From an uncultured delta proteobacterium (GTDB lineage: Bacteria > Myxococcota > Myxococcia > Myxococcales > Myxococcaceae), in NCBI GenBank assembly GCA_963771175.1, contig CAVYSY010000002.1, positions 96,001 to 160,000 on the forward strand: a stretch of DNA of 64,000 nt, in the 5' to 3' direction. The number at the start of each line of letters is the position of its first letter. The stretch's first letter is position 1. The position numbers were made by a program, and so were the translations under genes. This document shows positions 21,801 through 31,517 of the stretch, in pieces. The notes under the pieces were generated by a model that saw nothing but the letters and a program-made list of their open reading frames with translations, was not told the DNA's origin and ran no database searches.

Positions 21801-23884
21801 CGGACAGCGAGCAGTTGCCCAAGAACACCTTTCAGGACAACCCACACCCTGTCACCTTCGCCTGGCTGTTGATGCTCCTGACCCGGCACAACTTCATCCA
21901 GTTCACCGACGTGCCGCTCTGGCATTCGGAGGAGCTAAAGGAGATTGCCGCGCTCGGGTGGTTGCCGGCGCGGGAGCGGTATGAGCCCCGGCGCATCGGC
22001 GAGCTCCTCTACGTCGGCGCGGTGCAGCGGGGCCATGGCAAGGACAAGGTGTCCTTGCATGTCTCATTGGCGAAACCCGAGGCGTGGCGGCTCGAGATCG
22101 CCGCGGGGACTTTCAACGAAGGGGTGTTCGCCCAGCCCGTGGAGGTGCCCGGATGGGGCGAGTGGAGCCTCGACGAGCCCGGCGCGCAGGCGCTCGGCGA
22201 GCTGAAGCTCCAGGGGCTCGAGCCCGTCTTCCTGAAGCCCTCCAGTCCACCCGGAGAGAATCGGCTCGCTCCCCATCGTTCCCGATGCGGCGCTGTCCAG
22301 TGGGAAGGACGGAACCTTCTCCTGGCGGCTCGCGTTCCGGGCGAATTGTCCGAGGATCCTCCGCGGCTGGGTCCTCATCCGCAAATGGAAGGGCCGGGCG
22401 GCCGACGAAATTCCGAAGGATGCCTCTGTTTTCGAGACCGCCGAGGTGGCGATCCCCGTCGTCGCGCGGGAGGACACGGCCATCAAGGAGGAGGCGGGCT
22501 TCGCGGTCGTCGATGGCTTCATCAAAAAGGGCAACGTCAAGGACGTCAGCACCTACGTCACGCAGCACTTCACGTACAAGCAGTTCCTCGACGCGGCCAA
22601 GGGGCAGAAGCTCGCCGCGGGCGCCGAGCCCCTGATTACCTGGGACCTCGTCGAGGCGGTGGAGCGCATCCGGAGCGGGTATGCGGCACGCCAGCCCGTG
22701 ACCCTGCTCGGACTCTCCGAGGACGGGCTCTCCATCCAACTCCGGGCGGTCAACCTGGAGAAGCTGCGCGAGGTCGTGGCAAAGGCGAAGGAGGATGGCT
22801 GGATCGACGATGCCGAGGAGGCGGGAAAAGGCGAGATCCGCATCCGGGTGAAAGCGCCGCGGGAGAGCAAGCACCCCGGTGAGCTCGTGGTGGAGCTCGA
22901 TGCAAACGAGGCCTTCAGCGAGCTGCGCAAGGGGATGACCCACGAAGAGCAGCTGGCCGTGCAGTTCGGATGCTTCTTCCCGAACGGAGGCAGCGCGCAG
23001 GACGGACGGCTCCTGGCGTCGGACACGATCGGGAAGAGATATGAAGCGGTGAAGGTGGAGGATCTGAAGAGCCTGGCCCGGGGCGGACACCTGGAGCATT
23101 GGTCGACGGCGGTCGCGGAGGTGTTGCACAGCCCCATGTTCGGAGAGCCCGAGGTCCAGCTCACCAGCAAGGGCGCCCAGGTCTGCGTGCCGCTCCTGGG
23201 CGGCACCGCGAGCTTCTGGAACGCGGCTGGGCCGAGCATCAGCTTCGGGAAGGAGGAGCTCGACAAGAAGGCGACGTCGACCATCCTGCCCAATCCACTG
23301 CGCGTCGTGCGGGCATTGGACTTCAGCGACAAGAAATTGAAGGGCAAGCAGCTCGTGATCTCGGCATCCGTCAAGAAGAAGGACGTGACCCTGAAGACCG
23401 AGCGAATCGACGTCCAGCCCTCGAGGAGAATCCAATACGACATGGAGCCGAGCGCCGAACTCGAGGCGCAACCGGCGCTGTACGACCCGTTCGTCCTGAC
23501 GCTCTCCCTGCGCACGAACGCGGTCCCCGCCAGCAAGGGCTTCAAGATCGAGATCGCCAATGCCTCGGGGACGCTCCTGACCCTCCCGAAGGACTGCATC
23601 TCCTACGAGCTGCGGACCAAGGAAGGGGGCATCACGGATTCGAAGGGCGTCTTCCGCGCCAAGGTGGATGTGAGCGACATCGCGGAAGCGCTCAAGGGAG
23701 AGAAGGAGTACGAGGTTCGTGTCGAGCCCGTGAACAAGGCGGACAAGGATTGGCCAGCAGCAAGAAACTCACCGTCCCCGACCCGCTTCAGCAGGAAGAG
23801 GCAGTGGACGTGATGGGCGATTTCCCGGGCATGTGGCCGGACGGACTGAGCGTGCCCATGAAGGGTGAGAGGGTCTGGAGATGA
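18890..23884 (+). CDS. Giant multidomain toxin-like protein: C39-like cysteine peptidase + WHIX/M23-like domain + long C-terminal region (several frameshifts)
   Basis: LKVPLLGQ..WCGRTSCSM / HLILITGY / VADP; FPLG..NLHSGVH, VRCLAPGYIVAVRL, FILVRH, FYSLYMHL, VRAGELIGY, FLHWEI, RHLNDW, GWW, HPVTF; ORFs 18890, 19080, 21118, 21647, 22446 and 23099 join end to end. Confidence 0.7.
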
Positions 23885-26368
23885 CGGACACCGCGCAGGT
23901 TGCTCCACCTCTCGAAGCTGAGGCTCGAACCAGGCGCTGAGGGGGTCATCCGCCTCGTGGCCGTGGCCCCCACCCGCCTCGAGCTCACCCTCTCCCCGGC
24001 GGATGTCCGGCAGGAAGGGCCCAAATACAAGCTCAAGCTACGGGGCACGCAGAAGAACCTGCCCAAGGACGCGACGTGCCGCGTGTTGATCAAGGCGGAG
24101 TCGCTCGGAGAGGTGCGGGACTCCGAACTCGGCGCGCAGCCCCTGCGGATCAACGGGGAGTCCTGCACCCTTGAGCTGGAGATCGACACCTTCGCTTCGG
24201 GCCTCTTCGGGAAGGGCAAGGCCCATTTCTCCGTCATCCCGGACTTTCCCTTCGCGACACCATGTGTCGTCTCCACTCCGGTGGAGTTCAACAACCCGTT
24301 GGATATCGAGGGAGCCAGCCCTGGCAAGGTACTGCTCGGCAAGCGGCTCGAGCTCACGCCGGTGTTCAGCGACAAGTTCGAGAAAGCGACGCTCAAGCTC
24401 TCCGTCTTCCACGGGGGAGCGATCGAATCGGGCAAGCTCTCGGACTCACTGGCCTGGTCCATCTTCGAGTGGACCGCGGACGACGACGACACGAAGGAGT
24501 GGCGCGTTGGCTGCGCACAGAGCGGCGGCGAGTACCTGTTGACCTACCTCGAGAGGCACCAGGCCGAGTACAGCTATGACCTCCAGCTCGAGGTCATCCA
24601 GGAGTCCGAGGGGCAGGAGGTGAGCTACGTCGTCTGGAAGAGGCCCAACGCCGTCTCCTTCCCGAAACCGAAGCTGACGAGCTTCGAGATTGGCACTGGA
24701 AGCGCCCTCGCGAAGGTGGAGAACGTCAGTCCCGGCTTCAGGCTGCCACTGGAGCTGACGCTCTGGCAGTACGGACTCCAGGATCTGGATCCCGTCGTCC
24801 GGACCCTGATGATGAATCCCATCTCACGGCCGGCATTGGCCGAGGCTTCGTCCTCGGAGTATTTCTGGCAGCTGCTCGTCCCCGATGTGTTGATGGAAAA
24901 GGTGCAGCTCTTCGCCCTGCTGCGCATTCCCAAGACGCTGTCGGGCACCGATACCTATGTGCCGGTCAGCGCGGTGATGGATTACGACGCGTCGAAGTTC
25001 CTCACCTTCGATGACGACCAGCTCTGGCTCGAGCCCCCCGCGAAGAAGGGGACCAAGAAGTCCAAGCAGCACAAGACGCCGAAGGACCTGGCGACCGCGA
25101 TTGCATCCCAGGAACTGAAGGATATTCCGACGCGAGCCCCTCACTTCGGCTCGATCTCGACGGGAGTGCGCGAAGACAATCTGCTCGTATCCATCAAGCT
25201 CGTGGGGGATAGCGGTTACTGGAAGGCCGCCGAGCCCGTCTTCTCCCTCTACGACGAGGCCGGTCAGACCGAGCTCGCCAAACTCAAAACCCAGCCATCG
25301 GCGCAAAACCCCCGGCTCCACGAGGCGCTCATCCCCCTGGAGGACCCGAACCTCCTCGGCAAGAAGGTGCGCATCCGCGGCCAAGTCACCAATCCGGATG
25401 CGAACCTCTGGGGTGAGCTGGTCGCCGCCCCGCCGGCATTCTCCGTCGCCTATGAAGGCGTTCCCCGCTTCAGCGGGCTGACGATGCGCACCGTGGAGCT
25501 CACCGATGCCACGTCCTATGTGCAGGTGAGATGTCAGGCCCACCATGTCCCGAACGGAAAGAAGGGCAGCACGCTCGGGTTCCGCATCTACGAGCTCTTC
25601 GCGGGCGTGAGGGAGCCGATCCTGCTCTCGCAGATGCCGTTCCGGTACGACGTCTCCAAGGGAGCGGGAGGCCAGTGCGACTCCCAGGGGCGACTGGTGG
25701 CTCGAATCACGGACCAGGACATGGTCAAGAAGCTGCTGGGCCAGGGCAAGTACAGGCTCGAAGCATGCGTGCTAGACAAGGAGGGCAAGGTCTTGTCCTA
25801 CGAGGTCCGTTCCACCTTCACGGAATTCGGGCCGTCGCCGCGGAAACTCGAGGGCACGATGGTCTGGGGAGCGAAAGTGCCGGCTGAGTTCAGGATGAAG
25901 GTGCTGGCCATCTGCAACCTCTTGAAGCTCAAGGCGGATGACCTGATGGCCTGCATGGCCTTCGAGACGGGATGTACGTTCTCGGCCAAGAAGCAGAACA
26001 ACGCGGGTCATAACGCATACGGACTCATCCAGTTCACCAAGAGCGGCGCGGAGGGCCTTGGGAAGTCGGTGGACGAATTGAAGGGAATGACCGAGGTCGA
26101 GCAGCTCGATTACGTCTACAAGTACATGGCCCGCTGCATCGAGCGGAAGGGTCCGCTCAACACGCGGAGCGACGTCTACATGGCCATCATCTGTCCCGAA
26201 GCCGTGGGTAAACCGGAGAGCTACGTCTGCTACTCGAGGGCGAACAGTCCGGTGGCGTACGAGGCAAACAAGGGGCTGGATCGAGGCAAGAAGGGATTCA
26301 TCACCAAGGCCGACGCGACGGTGCCCGTGGATGAGCGCTACAACGAGGGGCAGAGCTTCCGGCTGTGA
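23881..26368 (+). CDS. Large protein with C-terminal lysozyme-like/lytic transglycosylase domain
   Basis: ATG 23881 overlaps upstream TGA (frameshift near 23898); C-terminal LMACMAFETGCTFS...AYGLIQF...MTEVEQLDYVYKY...DVYMAI...Y..NKGLD. Confidence 0.8.
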
Positions 26369-26407
26369 TTCACCATGCTCGAGGGCAGGGACTGAGCCCG
26401 CCTCGGG

Positions 26408-26863
26408 TCATGCCTGTCGCGGGAACTCCCCGAGGATGACGCACGAGCGGCCCTCCATGGGGAGGGTGTGCTCCTCCACCGAGGGGAAGCCGAGCTCACG
26501 CGCCAGGTCCGCCAGGTACCGGCGCCACGGGTTGTACGGCATGCTGTTGTCCGAGCAGCACGGCACCACGGCGAAGGGCAGCCGGTGCTTCGCCGCGTAC
26601 TCGATGATGATCCGCGTGGCCCCGTCCGGGTGCATGCCCACGAGCAGGTCGCACTCGCACGGCTCCTCCAGCGTGAACATGCGCTGCTCGTAGCGCACGG
26701 GCAGGTGCTTGTGACGCAGGTCGAAGGTGGTGACCGTGCGCCCCAGCCGCGAGAGGGCCTCGTTCAAGCGCCCCTGCCCTCCCGCGATGTCGAAGACGCG
26801 CGGGGCGGGGAAGCGCTCGGTGATGAACTGGGCGAAGAGGTCGAAGCGGCGCTTGTCGGCCAT
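26408..26863 (-). CDS. Small class I SAM-dependent methyltransferase-like protein
   Basis: VFDIAGGQGRL motif I; VGMHPDGAT and FAVVPCC. Confidence 0.65.
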   Translation of the reverse strand: MADKRRFDLFAQFITERFPAPRVFDIAGGQGRLNEALSRLGRTVTTFDLRHKHLPVRYEQRMFTLEEPCECDLLVGMHPDGATRIIIEYAAKHRLPFAVVPCCSDNSMPYNPWRRYLADLARELGFPSVEEHTLPMEGRSCVILGEFPRQA

Positions 26864-27135
26864 GCAGCCTCTCTACAACAGGTCCGGCCCTCTCGATTCC
26901 CGTCCGATGTCCCCCGGCCCCGCCGGGGAGGGCGGCCCAGGAGACGGATGACCGGTATTTCCTGGAGTTCCAGCAATTCAGAGCCAGAGAATGGCGCGGC
27001 CCGCCATGGCAGGTGTTGCTCCCGGTCATCTCGCGCCCAAGGGGATTCCCCGCCCAGGGTCAGGACTGGTATCAAGAACTGAGGAAACCGGGCCTCGGTC
27101 CCACGGTCGGGGGGTATGGAGGAAGGAGCTGACCC

Positions 27136-28446
27136 ATGAGCGTCATCGTCATCGGTGGAGGACTCAGCGGGATGGCGGTCGCCTTCCACCTGCAACAGCG
27201 GGGCGTCCCCGTGGTGCTGCTGGAGCGCGCGCCCCGGCTGGGCGGCAACATCCAGACGCACGTCCGTCAGGGCTTCTTCCTGGAGAATGGGCCCAACAGC
27301 TTCTTCGATCGCGAGCCCTCCATGCGCGCACTGGCGCGGAGCCTGGGGGTCGAGGACCTCATCCAGCCGGCCACCGCCGCGACGGCCCGGAAGCGCTACG
27401 TCTACACCCGGGGCCGGCTGCGTGCCCTGCCTCGCACCCCGCCCGCCTTCTTCGGCTCGAACCTCCTGCCGCTGCTCTCCCGCCTGCGTGTGCTGGGAGA
27501 GCTGTTCAGCAGCCGAGCCTCCGGGAAGGAGGACGAGTCGCTCGCCCGCTTCGGCCGCCGGCACTTCGGGCAGACCGCCACGTCCGTGCTGCTCGACGCG
27601 GTGCAGAGCACTCTCTTCGCGGGAGACCTGGAGTCCCTGAGCGAGCCGCTCTCCGGCGCGCTGTGCTCCTTCAAGGGAGGACTGCAGCGGCTGGTGGACG
27701 CCCTCGCCCGGCGGCTGGCGACCGTGGCTCGCACGCGAGCCCACGTGGAGCGGCTCACCCGCGAACCGGACGGCTGGCGCGTGGTGGTGCGAGAGCAGGA
27801 AGCGCGCTCGGAGCTGCACGCCACCCAGGTGGCGGTGTGTACTCCGGCGAATGCGGCGGCCCACCTGCTGCGCGAGGTCGACCCGGAGCTGGGGGGCCTG
27901 CTGGAGGGCATCACCTATGCCCCGGTGGCGGTGGTGCACATGGGCTTCGCTCCCGAGTCCGTGCCCAGGCCGGACGGGGCCGGCTTCCTCGTGCCCGCCA
28001 GCGAGAAGCGGCGCATCCTCGGAGCCATCCACGCCTCCACCCTCTTCCCCTGGCGAGCAGAGGGCAAGCGGGTGCTCTACACGTGCATGGTGGGCGGGAC
28101 GCGACAGCCGGAGCTGGCCATGCTGCCCGCGGAGGAGCTCGTCTCGCTGGTGCGCGAGGAGCTCGCGGACATCGCCGGGGTGCGCGCCGAGCCCGTGGTG
28201 ACCGACGTGGTGCGCTGGCCGTGCGCCCTGCCCCAGTACACCGTGGGCCATGCCGAGCGCCTGTCCTCCATCGACCAGGCCGTGGCCCGCTGGCCGGGGC
28301 TGCACCTCACCGGCAATGCCTACCGAGGCATCAACATGGTGGACTGCGTGCGCAACGCCGCCGCGCTCGCGGAGCAGCTCGCGCTCGGGGCCCGCCCCGC
28401 GCCTTCGGATGGGGCCACGGGACTCGGACCGGAACAGCGGGCCTGA
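27136..28446 (+). CDS. hemG: Protoporphyrinogen oxidase (HemY/HemG type) with an in-frame internal deletion
   Basis: IGGGLSG FAD motif, LENGPNSF, SFKGGLQ.L, GFLVP, LPQYTVGH, GNAYRGI; AAGGAG RBS. Confidence 0.85.
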   Translation: MSVIVIGGGLSGMAVAFHLQQRGVPVVLLERAPRLGGNIQTHVRQGFFLENGPNSFFDREPSMRALARSLGVEDLIQPATAATARKRYVYTRGRLRALPRTPPAFFGSNLLPLLSRLRVLGELFSSRASGKEDESLARFGRRHFGQTATSVLLDAVQSTLFAGDLESLSEPLSGALCSFKGGLQRLVDALARRLATVARTRAHVERLTREPDGWRVVVREQEARSELHATQVAVCTPANAAAHLLREVDPELGGLLEGITYAPVAVVHMGFAPESVPRPDGAGFLVPASEKRRILGAIHASTLFPWRAEGKRVLYTCMVGGTRQPELAMLPAEELVSLVREELADIAGVRAEPVVTDVVRWPCALPQYTVGHAERLSSIDQAVARWPGLHLTGNAYRGINMVDCVRNAAALAEQLALGARPAPSDGATGLGPEQRA

Positions 28447-28447
28447 A

Positions 28448-28477
28448 CCTCACCCTATCCCTCTCATAGTGGGAGAG
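28448..28477. repeat. Degenerate REP-like element (CCTCACCCTATCCCTCTC...GGGAGAG)
   Basis: Resembles the CCCTCACCCTAACCCTCTCCC..GGGAGAGGG extragenic hairpin repeat; lies just after the hemG stop. Confidence 0.45.
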
Positions 28478-28677
28478 CGGCGGCGTTCCTCTGTCCTTTC
28501 GGACACTTGGCAGCCACCGGACCGGCGGATGTAGTGGATTCTGTAGTTACGGGCCGTGACTTGAGCGAGCGGGCGAGCGTAGCCGCATTTCCCGTGACCA
28601 CCAGGCCCCCACCAACCCGCCCCGCTCCGGGCCCGCTGTAGCCGCCCGGCAACCGAGCGCCTGTTGCTGGGCCGCCT

Positions 28678-29280
28678 CTATTCTCCCGACCCTTTCTGCT
28701 CTCTCTTCTTCTGTCGCGCATGGAGCCGCTCGACAATCGAGAAGGGGAACATGGCACGGTGATTGATGTTCCGGTAGTACACCGCCAGGTAATGCTCCCC
28801 ACCAATCTGAATGACGGTTTGAGCTGGCGGCTCGGTCTGGCTGTTGAACCAGGCGTCTGCCTCCTCGCGAGTATTGAACGTAGCCACCGCCGGAGGGAGG
28901 CCGTCTTTCGTCATCTCCTCGATGTGGTATTCAAGTCCGGAGTCTGGGACGAGTGAGCGGCGGCTACGGTCACGAGAAGACAGGACGCCGTAGTATTCGT
29001 CAGCGATCAACACACAGGCCAAATCAGGTGGCTCAGGTTGCGCACTGAGCCAAGCCTCCGCCTCGTCCCGCGTGTTGAATGAGGCAATTACTCGGGGGGG
29101 GGCCTCGGACTCGACGTCTTTGCGATAGCTCTCGAACTCATACGACTGGCCATTCCGCCAGACGAACCAGAGCGCGTCGATGGCGAGGAGAAACAACTCT
29201 TTTTCCTCGGGAGACTGAGCATGTTCTCGGTTCTTCCCGAGGAACGCCTGCGCTTCGATGATGCGGTCGAAAATCGTCAC
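28678..29280 (-). CDS. Hypothetical protein with internal tandem domain; partner of upstream lipoprotein
   Basis: GTGA overlap with upstream stop; two PP.v.a.FNTReEA.AW...Q.EPP repeats. Confidence 0.75.
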   Translation of the reverse strand: MTIFDRIIEAQAFLGKNREHAQSPEEKELFLLAIDALWFVWRNGQSYEFESYRKDVESEAPPRVIASFNTRDEAEAWLSAQPEPPDLACVLIADEYYGVLSSRDRSRRSLVPDSGLEYHIEEMTKDGLPPAVATFNTREEADAWFNSQTEPPAQTVIQIGGEHYLAVYYRNINHRAMFPFSIVERLHARQKKREQKGSGE

Positions 29281-29960
29281 GGCGCCACCGCTGCGATGTA
29301 GGGCTCGCAGACAGCTTCCGATGAAGCCAGAGCTGCCAATGGAATCAAGGCAATGAGCGCCCCGGGAGGGAAGGCCACGACGAAGACAACTCCTGCAACT
29401 ACGACAATACTTCCCACCAGAACCTCGGTGCGATTGCGCTTCAACCAATCAACCGCTCGAGCCGTGGCCGAGAACTCAAGAGGGCGACGTCCCTGCAACT
29501 CTTCGCAATCAAGGTACGGCTGCCAGCACCCCTCCTTGCAGTAGCCGTGCTTGGCGCCACGAGACATGTGCGAATAGTCCTCAGAAAGAGGTCGGTCCAT
29601 ACACGTGTCGATGCAATTATTGAGTTCCTCATGACAATCTCGCTGGCGAGCAGCCGCAAGCACGATACGCCCGTACGTCCTCTCCGCGCGAGGCTGGAGC
29701 CTGAATCGCGAAAGGTCAAACTCCTCCACGGGGCGCCAACTGTGAGTGACGTGAGCGCTGGGGGACTCCTGGATGACGAGCACGTACCGGTCGAGTTCTT
29801 CGACGGCCGGAGAAAAGGTGCCGCCGCTCATCCCCACGGACTCACGGGTGCTCGCGTCTTCGGTCGGACCCAGAGTAGCCGGTCCCGATGCACAGCCCGA
29901 TACGAGCACTCCCAAGAGGGCCGCTACCCCTAGGATCAAGGCGCAATTCGCGCTTTTCAT
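29277..29960 (-). CDS. Cys-rich myxobacterial lipoprotein
   Basis: Lipobox LVSGC; YVLVIQESP..VTHSWRP; C-x6-C-x3-C...C-x3-C-x6-C; hydrophobic C-terminus. Confidence 0.75.
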   Translation of the reverse strand: MKSANCALILGVAALLGVLVSGCASGPATLGPTEDASTRESVGMSGGTFSPAVEELDRYVLVIQESPSAHVTHSWRPVEEFDLSRFRLQPRAERTYGRIVLAAARQRDCHEELNNCIDTCMDRPLSEDYSHMSRGAKHGYCKEGCWQPYLDCEELQGRRPLEFSATARAVDWLKRNRTEVLVGSIVVVAGVVFVVAFPPGALIALIPLAALASSEAVCEPYIAAVAP

Positions 29961-29997
29961 GTGGACAAAGCTAGGCCGGTGATGTGGGCATCGCAAG

Positions 29998-30198
29998 TTG
30001 CGCCTCAGCCGGCCCACCGAGGCCAACGGCGTCTTCGCATCCCTCCCGGCCGAGCTCATTCCCCGGATGCAGGAGCACACCTTCTTCTACGTCTGGGACG
30101 AGGCCACCTCCGAGGTGCGCTGGATGACGTCCTTCGACACCACCGAGGAGGACGTGCGCGGCTTCGCCGCCAGACTGCGAGAGCTGGTGGGCGGCTGA
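29998..30198 (+). pseudogene. 3' fragment of low-specificity L-threonine aldolase
   Basis: PTEANGVFA.LP...FYVWDE...EVRWMTSFDTTEEDV is the typical C-terminus; N-terminal part absent. Confidence 0.75.
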
Positions 30199-30314
30199 GC
30201 GCCTCCGCCAGCGGCGTGCGGACCCCAACAGAGGGTGCAATGGCGGATTGACTCGTGCGTAGGGATGCGGCGGCATTGCCGCATCCGCGCTCGGACCCAC
30301 GGAGCCACGTACCC

Positions 30315-31439
30315 ATGAGACGCCCTCGTGGCTTGAGGATTGCCCTCGCCTGCAGCCTCGCGCTGCACCTGGGCCTCCTGTGGTGGCTGTGGCTCCTCCC
30401 ACCCTCGGCTCGACAACCCTCTCCGCCCTCGCCGCCCTCCACTCCGGTGGAGGTGCTCGTCGTCGACCTCTCCCCTGCCCGCCCCACCCCGCCTCCTCCG
30501 CCACCCCGTGGCCCGAAGACGCGGACGCGCGGTGGGGGACGGAGCGAGGCCAGGCCCCCCGCGGACGCGCCCGCCGAGCCTCCCGCGCCCGTTCCCCTGG
30601 CCAGCGATCTGCCCCGTGTGGAGACGAGCCCCGAGAGACCCTCGCTCCTTCCGAGCGCTGATTCGGTGGCGCTCCTGCCCCACGGACCCCTCCCCGTGCC
30701 CCCGCCCGAAGAACCGGGGCCACCCGGGACTCGCCTGCGAGCGCCCGCGCACCCGGCGTCCCCCCAGGAGCTCGTGGACGGAATCGCCCGCGACAGCCTG
30801 GCGAAGGCGCGCGTCGAGAGCGGCCTGACGCCCACGTACTTCAGCGATGTGGGCCAGGCGCTCCTGAAGCGCTTCCGCCTGACCCAGGGGGATGCCGAGC
30901 GAGAGCAGAAGCTCGGGGAGAAGGTGGTCGAGAAGGCACGTGACGTCACGAGCGTGCTCTCCCGCTCCGGGAAGATGGAGGACCCGCTCGCGCACCCCCG
31001 CCGGGTCGACCCCCTCGCGAGCGCGGCCTCGCTGCATCCCGTGGTCGAGGAGTCCATGAAGAATCTGGCCTACTCACTGCCCCAGGACTGGACGCGCTCC
31101 GCGGGCACGGTGGTGGTGCGACTCACGCAATCCGGTGCCGGGCAGGTGCTCTCCGTCGAGCTCCTCGGCTCCTCGGGAAACCGCGGACTGGACCAGGCGG
31201 CCGTGGCGGCCGTCCAGGCGCTCGGCGAGGAGCTGCCGCCCCCTCCTCCAGACGTGCTGAAGGGCCGCGACTCGGTGGTGAGCGAGTGGAAGTTCGAGCT
31301 GCTGCGAACCGTCGCGGGCCCGGCGGCCCTGGGCCTGGGGCTCGTCGGCACCTTCGACATTGGCACCGACCTTCCGGAGGCCCGCCCCACCTTCGCCGCC
31401 AAGAGCCAGGTCCGGGTGACCCTGGTGGCGTACTACTGA
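30315..31439 (+). CDS. TonB C-terminal domain protein
   Basis: SLALH TM motif, Pro-rich linker, VVVRLTQ..G.VLSVELLGSSGNRGLDQAAV. Confidence 0.75.
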   Translation: MRRPRGLRIALACSLALHLGLLWWLWLLPPSARQPSPPSPPSTPVEVLVVDLSPARPTPPPPPPRGPKTRTRGGGRSEARPPADAPAEPPAPVPLASDLPRVETSPERPSLLPSADSVALLPHGPLPVPPPEEPGPPGTRLRAPAHPASPQELVDGIARDSLAKARVESGLTPTYFSDVGQALLKRFRLTQGDAEREQKLGEKVVEKARDVTSVLSRSGKMEDPLAHPRRVDPLASAASLHPVVEESMKNLAYSLPQDWTRSAGTVVVRLTQSGAGQVLSVELLGSSGNRGLDQAAVAAVQALGEELPPPPPDVLKGRDSVVSEWKFELLRTVAGPAALGLGLVGTFDIGTDLPEARPTFAAKSQVRVTLVAYY

Positions 31440-31517
31440 GCGCGCCCTCGCTTCTCCGTGCCAGAGGGACGTGGCATATCGCGGCTCGTGACATCCACTC
31501 CGAAGAGGGGAGGCTCC

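Noticed and set aside
17723..26368. Prophage lysis or tail module
   Set aside because: No integrase, terminase, capsid, tail or holin genes nearby
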